Positions 15,311 to 22,994 of a DNA stretch of 32,000 nt are shown piece by piece. How positions within the stretch are numbered: the first letter of the stretch is position 1; every line of letters begins with the position of its first letter. Where the stretch lies: NCBI GenBank assembly GCA_965261025.1, contig OZ253438.1, positions 840,001 to 872,000 of the forward strand, written 5' to 3'. The notes below the pieces were generated by a model. That model had not been told where the DNA came from. It saw only the letters and a program-made list of their open reading frames with translations, and ran no database searches. A program made the translations under genes and the position numbers. The DNA comes from Chlamydiales bacterium (lineage in GTDB: Bacteria > Chlamydiota > Chlamydiia > Chlamydiales > SM23-39).

Positions 15311-16867
15311 TCAAAAATTGGGCCTTTCTTTGAGAGGCTCTTTTTTTTCGGAAGAAAAGATCTCTTTTAAATTGAAGAGCCACCCCAGTAGAAAAAAACA
15401 GAGAGTAAATAAAAGAGCTCCCCAGAATAAGCCCTTGCTTTGCTCTAAAAATCCTCTTGGAAAAGTAAGTTCTTGTTGAAAGAGAAAATGGAAAAGAGAA
15501 TTTTTTTGCCCTGAAAATTTTTCCACCCAGTAAGAAGAAAAGATAAAAGAGCCAAAACCTACTAGACTACACCTAGAAAAAAAGGAGAAAAAGCCCTTAG
15601 GTTTTTTAGGAAGATATGCAAAAAGCATAGCTGCTTGAAAAAGAGCGGACAGTGAGGTTGCTAGAGCAATACCAAAGATCCCTTTTCTTAAAACAAAGAG
15701 AAAAAAGATATTTAGTGAAAGGTTCAAAAAGACAGAAAAGCAAGAAAAAAGCATCGGTTTTTTATATTTTTTTTGAGAGTAATAAAGATTATTAAAAACT
15801 AAGGAAAGAGCCATAGCAAAAAGCCCTACGGTATACCCCCAAAGGCAAAACAAGGTATTTTTTACTTGAACAGAAGAAAAAGCTCCTCTGCCAAACAAAA
15901 AATTTAAACAAAGCCCTCCTTGTCCTAATAGAAAAAAAGAGAAGAAAAGGGAAAAAAGAAGGGTTAGCTTTATAGAAAAAGAGAAAAGCTCCTCTGCTGC
16001 CTCTCCTTCTTTTTTACTCAGTTCAGGCAAAAGAGCCGAGGTAATAGCTACAGCAAAAAGCCCTAGAGGTAGTTGTTCTAACCTTATTGCATACCAAAGA
16101 TAAGCAGGACCTGATGGATCCGCTATTTTGGCAAAAACGGCATCTAAAGCACTGTTAATTTGTGTTGCTCCAATAGCAAAAACTCCCATAGCAATAGCAG
16201 GCAAAAGCTGTCGTACTTCAGCAGAAAAAAGCCTCGGCCGAAAGAAAGGAATATCCTCTCGGAAAAAATATCTTTTTGCTACAAACAACGTAAACATCCA
16301 TTGGAGAAAAAAACCCAATACTACCGCTAAAGGAAGAAGCGATATGGAAGAAAATTGAAAATAGTAAGAAATACAAGATACTACAATCCAAGTCAGATTA
16401 AAAATAGCAGGAGAAAAGGCCGCTTTAAAAAATCGATTATGACAGTGCAATAAAGCGCTATTTAAAGCATACATGCTCAGGAAAACAAGCCCAGGAAGCA
16501 TAATCTTCAAGGAAGTCCAAAAAAAAGGATCCTTCTTTATCCAAAAAAAACTTCCCTCCAATAAAAAAATAATAACTCCTAAAACAATGAGCATGGAAAA
16601 AAAAGCATCCCGGAAGAAAAAGATTGCCTTTCTTTCTTCTTCTCTATGAAGCCTTTGAAAATGGGGAATAAAACTAGAATGAACCAGCCCTTCTGCAAAG
16701 AGCCTACGAAGCAAGTTAGCAAATCTATAAGCCACTAAAAAAGAGGCTATTTCTACCCCCCCTCCAAAAAAAAAAGCGAGAGAAATATCACGAAACATCC
16801 CTGTTAATCGGCTAAAAAGGGTTCCGTAAAAGTTTTTTTTGGCAGAGAGCAGGAAAAGAGACCTCAT
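15311..16867 (-). CDS. murJ: Lipid II flippase MurJ (MviN family)
   Basis: The 518-aa polytopic membrane protein has the MurJ N-terminal motif LFSRLTGMFRDISLAFFFGGG. It has the YRFANLLRRLFAEG motif and about 14 hydrophobic segments. Confidence 0.88.
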   Translation of the reverse strand: MRSLFLLSAKKNFYGTLFSRLTGMFRDISLAFFFGGGVEIASFLVAYRFANLLRRLFAEGLVHSSFIPHFQRLHREEERKAIFFFRDAFFSMLIVLGVIIFLLEGSFFWIKKDPFFWTSLKIMLPGLVFLSMYALNSALLHCHNRFFKAAFSPAIFNLTWIVVSCISYYFQFSSISLLPLAVVLGFFLQWMFTLFVAKRYFFREDIPFFRPRLFSAEVRQLLPAIAMGVFAIGATQINSALDAVFAKIADPSGPAYLWYAIRLEQLPLGLFAVAITSALLPELSKKEGEAAEELFSFSIKLTLLFSLFFSFFLLGQGGLCLNFLFGRGAFSSVQVKNTLFCLWGYTVGLFAMALSLVFNNLYYSQKKYKKPMLFSCFSVFLNLSLNIFFLFVLRKGIFGIALATSLSALFQAAMLFAYLPKKPKGFFSFFSRCSLVGFGSFIFSSYWVEKFSGQKNSLFHFLFQQELTFPRGFLEQSKGLFWGALLFTLCFFLLGWLFNLKEIFSSEKKEPLKERPNF

Positions 16868-16969
16868 ACTTCGTGTATCATAACTTCTCTTTCAGAAAAA
16901 AGGAACCCTTTGAGGGAATTTTTAAATCTTATACAATGGAAGGCGATAAATCCTTGAGGAGCCAGGTCT

Positions 16970-17818
16970 ATGTTAAAGTTAGGAGCTCATACCTCTGCAG
17001 CAAAGGGCTCTTTTAATGCTTTAAGAGAGGGTAAAAAGATTGGGGCTTCAGCAGTTCAGCTTTTTACCAGCAATCAAAAGCAGTGGAAAGGTCGCATCAT
17101 TACTCCAGAAGAAGTGAAAATCTGGGAAGATACGAAAAAAGAGGTCGGTATTTTTCATACCATGAGTCATGGTAGCTATTTGATTAACCTAGGCTCTGCA
17201 AATCCAGAGATTTTAGAAAAAAGTAGGAAAGCTTTCAGCGAAGAGCTTCAAAGGTGTCATTTGTTGGATATTCCCTTTTTAAATTTTCATCCGGGAGCCT
17301 TTGTTTCTTCTTCTGAAAAAATCTGTCTTTCCACCATTGTAGAAAGCTTGGATGCCTTGGCTGAAATCTGTCAAAAGGGATCTTGCCGCCTTTTACTAGA
17401 AACTACTGCAGGACAGGGAACCTCTGTAGGGCATACCTTTGAGCAACTTGCCTATATACTAAACCACGTCTGCTCCAAAGTTCCTTTGGGAGTTTGTCTA
17501 GATACCTGCCATATTTTTGCAGCAGGCTATGATATTCGGACTCAAGAAGCTCTAGATAAAACGCTCAAGCAATTTGACCAAGTTATAGGACTTAAGCGCT
17601 TGTATGCTATTCATATAAACGATTCAAAGAGAGAACTAGGTAGCAAAAGAGACCGTCACGCCTGTATAGGAAAAGGCTTTATTGGTCTCTCTGGTTTTCA
17701 TGCTTTGGTAAGACACCCTAAAGTAAACCATTTACCTATGTATTTAGAAACCCCGGAGCCCTCAATATGGAAAGAAGAAATAATTCTTTTACAAAAACTT
17801 GCCCAAACCCCTCTATGA
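16970..17818 (+). CDS. nfo: Endonuclease IV (AP endonuclease, family 2)
   Basis: Recognised segments are MLKLGAHTSAAKG, LNFHPGA, LLETTAGQGTSVG, CLDTCHIFAAGYD and HINDSKRELGSKRDRHACIGKGFIG. Together they form the full set of Nfo metal-binding motifs. A GAGGAG SD is present. Confidence 0.93.
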   Translation: MLKLGAHTSAAKGSFNALREGKKIGASAVQLFTSNQKQWKGRIITPEEVKIWEDTKKEVGIFHTMSHGSYLINLGSANPEILEKSRKAFSEELQRCHLLDIPFLNFHPGAFVSSSEKICLSTIVESLDALAEICQKGSCRLLLETTAGQGTSVGHTFEQLAYILNHVCSKVPLGVCLDTCHIFAAGYDIRTQEALDKTLKQFDQVIGLKRLYAIHINDSKRELGSKRDRHACIGKGFIGLSGFHALVRHPKVNHLPMYLETPEPSIWKEEIILLQKLAQTPL

Positions 17819-19197
17819 ACCTAAAAACTTCTACTATTCGAGATATTTTACAAAAAGACCCTTCTCTTTTAGGGAAGAAGGTAAAAGTGCAAGGATGGGT
17901 GCGCACTTTTCGAGACCAAAAGAACTTTTTTTTTCTACAGCTCAACGACGGCTCATCTCTTTCCTCTTTACAAATTGTTTTCGATTCTTCTTTGGAAAAT
18001 ATAGAAGAATTGAAAAATCACTTAAGCGTTGGAGCCTCCCTTTATGCTGAAGGAGAAGTTGTATCTAGTCCAGGTAAGGGTCAATTCATAGAAATGCAAG
18101 CCGAAGTAGTTCATATCTTAGGACTTTGTCCCAAGGAAGAATACCCGTTGCAAAAGAAGCGGCACTCTTTTGAGTTCTTAAGAACCCTTGCCCATTTAAG
18201 GGCACGCACTAATACACAAGGTGCTGTAGCAAGAGTTCGTAGTCAATTAGCAGGGGCTACCCACCAGTTTTTTCAAGAAAGGGGCTTTTTATTTTTACCC
18301 ACACCTATTTTAACAGGATCTGATTGTGAAGGAGGAGGGAACCTTTTCCGCGTAACCACACTAGATCCCCAAAAAAAGAGCTCTATAGAGGAAGATTTTT
18401 TTAAAAAGGACGCTTATCTTACCGTTTCAGGCCAGTTGAATGCGGAAAGTTATGCCTGCGCTCTTTCTAAAATCTATACTTTTGGACCTACTTTTCGTGC
18501 AGAAAACTCCAACACCTACCGACATCTGGCAGAATTTTGGATGGTAGAACCAGAAGTGGCTTTTTGTGATTTGTCAGGAATTATAGAAATAGCACAAGCC
18601 TATATCCAATTTGTTATACAGAAGCTTTTTGAAAATTCTCTAGAAGATCTTTCTTTTTTTGATGAATTTATAGAAAAGGGGCTCTTAGAAAGATTGAAGC
18701 TTATCTTGTCTAAACCCTTTGCGATTCTCCCTTATACAGAAGCTATAGAAATTCTACAAAAATCGAAAAAATCCTTTGAATTTCCCGTAGAATGGGGGAA
18801 AGATTTGAGTTCAGAACAGGAGAAGTATCTAGCGGAGGAACATATCAAGGGCCCCGTAGCTTTAATCAACTATCCGAAAGAGATTAAGGCTTTTTACATG
18901 AGAGAAAATGAGGATCTAAAAACGGTAAGTGCTTTTGATATTTTAGTCCCTAAAATAGGAGAGCTCGTAGGGGGATCTCAAAGAGAGGAAAGGCTTTCTC
19001 ATTTAGAAAAGAAAATGGAAAGACTTCACTTAGATAAAAAAGCTTACGCCTGGTATTTAGAGCTGAGAAAATTTGGAACGGTTCCGCATGCGGGTTTTGG
19101 CCTTGGATTTGAGAGGCTACTTCAATTTTGTACTGGAATGGAAAACATAAGAGATGTAAATCCATTTCCTAGGTATCCCGGCTATTTAGCGTTTTGA
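17815..19197 (+). CDS. asnS: Asparagine--tRNA ligase
   Basis: The ORF has class IIb motifs. FRAENSNTYRHLAEFWMVEPE is AsnRS-type motif 2. GGSQREER and GFGLGFERLLQF form motif 3. I chose the start at 17815 (MNLKTSTIRDIL), whose ATG overlaps the nfo TGA (ATGA). The ORF-track start at 17767 lies inside nfo. Confidence 0.9.
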   Translation: MNLKTSTIRDILQKDPSLLGKKVKVQGWVRTFRDQKNFFFLQLNDGSSLSSLQIVFDSSLENIEELKNHLSVGASLYAEGEVVSSPGKGQFIEMQAEVVHILGLCPKEEYPLQKKRHSFEFLRTLAHLRARTNTQGAVARVRSQLAGATHQFFQERGFLFLPTPILTGSDCEGGGNLFRVTTLDPQKKSSIEEDFFKKDAYLTVSGQLNAESYACALSKIYTFGPTFRAENSNTYRHLAEFWMVEPEVAFCDLSGIIEIAQAYIQFVIQKLFENSLEDLSFFDEFIEKGLLERLKLILSKPFAILPYTEAIEILQKSKKSFEFPVEWGKDLSSEQEKYLAEEHIKGPVALINYPKEIKAFYMRENEDLKTVSAFDILVPKIGELVGGSQREERLSHLEKKMERLHLDKKAYAWYLELRKFGTVPHAGFGLGFERLLQFCTGMENIRDVNPFPRYPGYLAF

Positions 19198-19251
19198 GGG
19201 CTTTTCCTCCTTGTTCGAAAACAAATCCTTTTCCCGCGAAGGATAAGAGCC

Positions 19252-20175
19252 TTAAGCGGAAAAAGAGATAGAACAGGCTTGCTTCATCTCATAGTTTCGG
19301 TAATGAGCCCTGCTCTTTTCCAATAGGTGCCTTTCTGCTTTTTTCTTATCAGAGTCCCTATTTCTAGATCTTTTTTGCCAAAAACCCAACACAAAATCTA
19401 GCGTGTATATTTGAGCAGGAAAAGGAAGGGTTCCCCCTAGGTTTTGAGGCACTCCTAGATCAAATATTTTTTTTGCTTTTTCGAAGTCTGTTTTAAAAAT
19501 AAGGGGGTTTTTTAGTTTACTTGCGAAAATGAGGATATCTGCTTGAAATGCCTCTTGTAAACGATCCCAACTTTTTGGAAAAAAAGTATTTTCTCCCAAT
19601 AACACAGGTCCTTTATGTCTAGAAAAGAGCGTAAGAGAAAAAAATCCCTGTCTTAAAAAATGGAACATAATTTGCCGATTTAAGTGAGAATTTCCTATAA
19701 AAGAGATGGCTGTGTTTAAGGGAGGTTTTTGCAAAATTTGGAGCAGAATATTTCCAAGACTAGGCTGCTGCTTGGAAAAGAATTGGCAGCGCACTTCTTT
19801 GGCAAGGTGCAATGCTTTTTGAAAAAAATAATGAAGAGAAAAAGGGAGGTTTTTCGCTTGCATATAGGCTTCTTTGACTTGTCTCTTAATTTCTGTTTCT
19901 CCCAATAAAGGGCTATCTAATCCACTTGCTACTCTACAAAGATGGGAAAAGGCATTTTGATTTTCAAAGAAGTAACCCGAGGAAAGAAATCCACTTTCCC
20001 ATAAAAGCTCCTGCATTAAAAAAAATTCTTCTTTAGAAAAATAAAACTCTAAACGGCTACAAGTTCGTAAAAATACCCCCCTTCCTTTTAGCCTTTCCTG
20101 AAGAAGCTTTACTCTGTTTTCTATTTCTGAAAAACTACCTTTTTGAAAATAAAACCCAAAAACACCCAAATCCAT
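19252..20175 (-). CDS. hemA: Glutamyl-tRNA reductase-like protein (short, divergent HemA)
   Basis: LRTCSRLEFYF matches the TCNR.E.Y motif that holds the catalytic Cys. HLCRVASGLDSPLLGETEIKRQVKEAY matches HLFRVASGLDS.VLGE.QIL.QVK. It is only 307 aa, and the NADPH loop is degenerate (IGNSHLN). Confidence 0.7.
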   Translation of the reverse strand: MDLGVFGFYFQKGSFSEIENRVKLLQERLKGRGVFLRTCSRLEFYFSKEEFFLMQELLWESGFLSSGYFFENQNAFSHLCRVASGLDSPLLGETEIKRQVKEAYMQAKNLPFSLHYFFQKALHLAKEVRCQFFSKQQPSLGNILLQILQKPPLNTAISFIGNSHLNRQIMFHFLRQGFFSLTLFSRHKGPVLLGENTFFPKSWDRLQEAFQADILIFASKLKNPLIFKTDFEKAKKIFDLGVPQNLGGTLPFPAQIYTLDFVLGFWQKRSRNRDSDKKKAERHLLEKSRAHYRNYEMKQACSISFSA

Positions 20176-20249
20176 ACCTAATTTTTACCCTTCTTGCTAT
20201 TTTTTGGCAAAAACTGCTCTGTTAGAATACTTCGATTTTTACCAGGGAC

Positions 20250-20279
20250 TTGCATCTTTTTATCTATCTACTCTACAAT
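20250..20279 (+). promoter_or_regulatory. Sigma-70-like promoter for tRNA-Arg(UCU)
   Basis: TTGCAT (20250-20255), an 18-nt spacer, then TACAAT (20274-20279). The -10 element ends 17 nt before the mature tRNA 5' end. Confidence 0.45.
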
Positions 20280-20296
20280 CCTGCGTTAAGACTCAA

Positions 20297-20370
20297 GGAT
20301 TGATAGCTCAGTTGGATAGAGCACCCGCCTTCTAAGCGGGCGGTCGTAGGTTCGAGTCCTACTCAATCCG
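20297..20370 (+). tRNA. tRNA-Arg (anticodon UCU)
   Basis: The sequence is GGATTGA TA GCTC AGTTGGATA GAGC A CCCGC CTTCTAA GCGGG CGGTC GTAGG TTCGAGT CCTAC TCAATCC G. It forms a perfect cloverleaf with anticodon loop C-T-TCT-A-A and is followed by a T6 run. Confidence 0.93.
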
Positions 20371-20399
20371 TTTTTTGTGACAACTAAAGGATCTTTTTA

Positions 20400-22994
20400 G
20401 TGCTTTTAGGGGACCTCTCTTTTTCCAAGAAATCGTTCGCAGGTTTATCCGAGATCTTCTCTTCTTTTGAAACACAAGAATTTAAAAATTTGGGGGATAG
20501 AAGAAGAAGCCATATTGTCAACCAGGCCCTTTTAAAGCTGATCGAAAGAGAAAAAGAACCTGCCTTTTTACTGAGAGAAGTTTTGGATTTTGTGGAGAAG
20601 GTAGACGAGAAAAACTATCTTTCTCACTACACTTTTACCAGTTTTGAGCTCTGGCTCAACCATTCTTCAAATCTCTCCTTGGAACAGATGCTGCGAATAC
20701 GCGCCAAAATTGTAGGGAAGTGGATCCCCAGGGAGGAGTATCAGAGAATTTTCCCCATAGGTATGAATAAATTCTACGAAGGGTCTCATTTCGTAACGGC
20801 TCATAAGTCTCCTGACTTAGATACTACGATAGCCTCTTTTTGGGGTTTTGTAGATGCCTTTGGAGCAAAAGTTGGTTCAAACTTACATATCTGGAATATT
20901 CCCGGAGGTCCCCCTTCTTCTCAAATAGAAATTGATATGATTTTTCGAGGGTTTTTTGGTAATGCCGTTTTTTCCCACCTTGCTAAAACAGCTTCTTTTC
21001 TTTCTTTAACGGGAAATGATCTGATGAGTCAAAAACGTATGACTCGAAAAACTTTGGAAGAAAAAATGGTCTCTATTTCTCCTGAAAGAGAAACCAAGGC
21101 GGTTGTCCTAGTCGATGAAGAAGGCTACTTCCTAGGAGATTGGCGAAATATGGATGTGCAGGGAGTAAGACAGCTTATCATGCTCTTAAATGGTTCTCTA
21201 CGCTGGTTCGAAAATCATTTGCATGTAAAATTCATATCTCTTTTTGCCAAACCCAAGCTCCACCTCTCTGAAATTCCAGCCCTTTTAAAGAACCTATTTC
21301 AGATTCCTATAAAAGAAGCAGAGCCTGTGAAGGAATATTCTGAGAAGGATCGGGAAAGGCTGAATCAATTTCTACAAAAAGTTTTTCTAGTACAAGAAGG
21401 GATTTTAGCTACTTTCGAAGACTTTGCCAAGGCGCTGCATCAATTTTCTATTTTTGATCTGGAAAAGGTACAAAATCTTTTTCATCAGGCAGAAAAACTC
21501 CCCTTTTTTGATAAGCAAGGGTTTTTAATGGAGGATCGTCCCCTTATCTTTTCTTATTTAGAAAAAGCGATACAAAATATCCACATCTGGATACAAAATG
21601 TAAGAGGTTTTCTAGAAAGATTTGATATTGCCTTGAAGGTAAAAAATTTGGTTTATGGACATAGCCCCAATTTTGTAACTGTAAGAGACGATGTAGAGGA
21701 AATAAAAAATAAAATGGATGCCTACCAACACTTAACGGTTGTTTATCCAGAAAAAGACCATCTTTTTCCTGTAGGAATTATTTTTGCTGAGGAACTCCGT
21801 AAAAAGACACTTGGAACCGTTTCTTTGCGTGATTTCTGTAACCGAGAAGAAATGGGAATTCCCTCTTATTTAGAGGTAATTAGTGTAATCGACCATCATA
21901 AAAGCTCTTTACAAACTTTTTCCCCACCTAGCGCTATCATAGCAGATGCCCAATCTAGTAATGCCATTGTCTTTGAACTTACCTACGGGATAAACCAAAA
22001 ATATAGCACAAAAAACCAATCTTTAGAAAAGGTAGAAGCTCAGCTGCTAAAGCTTTCTCAAGAAGAAAATGCCGCCTCTTTTAGAAAGCAAAAGAACCTT
22101 TTACAAAAGAAGCAAATTCTACACAAAAAGCAGGATTACTACATCCATGTAGAAAGAGAAATGATGGAGTATCTCCATTTTCTCTACGGAATCTTAGATG
22201 ATACAGATCTTCTCTCCAAGGTCTCTTATAGGGATGTAGATGCAGTGAGCACCCTCTTAAATGCTTTAAAAAGCCTTGCCTTACAGGAAGAAGTAGAAAT
22301 AGTCTCTTTAGAAGAGCTTCCCAAAGATAAGGACTACTTATCCAAGGCAGCCAAGTTACTTTTACAAAACGAGGACCTGTACTCTTTGTATAAAAGAGTC
22401 TACCACTTCCGGGAAAAGGAAGTAGAAAAAAACATAGAGCTTTGCTCCAGAAAAGAATCTAGCTCTTTTTTTGCTGATACTAAAGAGCAAAATGGATGTT
22501 CTAGAGTAGGACAGACCAAGTTATTTTCTAAAAACATCTCCTCCTTGGAGAAAAATCTACCAGCTCTCCGTTCTGCTTGGCTTGAAAAAGCTCTAGGTAT
22601 CCAGGAAGATAAGCCAGAGTATGATTTACATCTTCATATGATTAGCACTATTGTGGGAGCGGAAGAAGTATACCAAGGAAAAGAAGGAGAATATTTGCAC
22701 AAGGACCAACTTTGGATATGGATTCCTGATACAGAAATGGGAAGAAGCCACCTAAAGCGCTTTCTAAGCTCTTTTCAAGAATGTGAGGCTTTACAAAAGG
22801 CCCCCTTAGAAGTTGAGTTTCTAGGGGAAGAAGTGGAAAACTTGGAGCAGATTTTTCAGGAAAGCTTCTTTCCTACTCCTTCTCGAAAAAAGAGGGGGCT
22901 AAAAGAATCTTCTATGGCAATTCTTTACTACAAGGCGGGGAGCTTGAACTCTAGAAAGACGATGATCTCTCCTTTTCTTCCCTCTTTAATTTAG
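20400..22994 (+). CDS. DHH/DHHA2-family phosphoesterase, family-II-pyrophosphatase-like with large insertions (864 aa)
   Basis: DHH motif I is AHKSPDLDTTIASF (H-x-x-P-D-x-D). Motif III is VISVIDHHKSS. Motif IV is LYGILDDTDLLSKVSYRDVDAV, matching l.sDT..l.S.tt..D. The DHHA2-type C-terminus is GSLNSRKTMISPFL, compared with the SRKKQ motif. A possible CBS-like strand (AVVLVDEEGYFLGDWRNMDV) lies in the insert of about 360 aa between motifs I and III. The start is GTG and uncertain. Confidence 0.6.
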   Translation: MLLGDLSFSKKSFAGLSEIFSSFETQEFKNLGDRRRSHIVNQALLKLIEREKEPAFLLREVLDFVEKVDEKNYLSHYTFTSFELWLNHSSNLSLEQMLRIRAKIVGKWIPREEYQRIFPIGMNKFYEGSHFVTAHKSPDLDTTIASFWGFVDAFGAKVGSNLHIWNIPGGPPSSQIEIDMIFRGFFGNAVFSHLAKTASFLSLTGNDLMSQKRMTRKTLEEKMVSISPERETKAVVLVDEEGYFLGDWRNMDVQGVRQLIMLLNGSLRWFENHLHVKFISLFAKPKLHLSEIPALLKNLFQIPIKEAEPVKEYSEKDRERLNQFLQKVFLVQEGILATFEDFAKALHQFSIFDLEKVQNLFHQAEKLPFFDKQGFLMEDRPLIFSYLEKAIQNIHIWIQNVRGFLERFDIALKVKNLVYGHSPNFVTVRDDVEEIKNKMDAYQHLTVVYPEKDHLFPVGIIFAEELRKKTLGTVSLRDFCNREEMGIPSYLEVISVIDHHKSSLQTFSPPSAIIADAQSSNAIVFELTYGINQKYSTKNQSLEKVEAQLLKLSQEENAASFRKQKNLLQKKQILHKKQDYYIHVEREMMEYLHFLYGILDDTDLLSKVSYRDVDAVSTLLNALKSLALQEEVEIVSLEELPKDKDYLSKAAKLLLQNEDLYSLYKRVYHFREKEVEKNIELCSRKESSSFFADTKEQNGCSRVGQTKLFSKNISSLEKNLPALRSAWLEKALGIQEDKPEYDLHLHMISTIVGAEEVYQGKEGEYLHKDQLWIWIPDTEMGRSHLKRFLSSFQECEALQKAPLEVEFLGEEVENLEQIFQESFFPTPSRKKRGLKESSMAILYYKAGSLNSRKTMISPFLPSLI

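Noticed and set aside
17767-17814. The 5' extension of asnS lying inside nfo
   Set aside because: The ATG at 17815 gives a normal AsnRS N-terminus and a typical ATGA stop/start overlap with nfo. The extension would overlap the nfo coding sequence by 52 nt.
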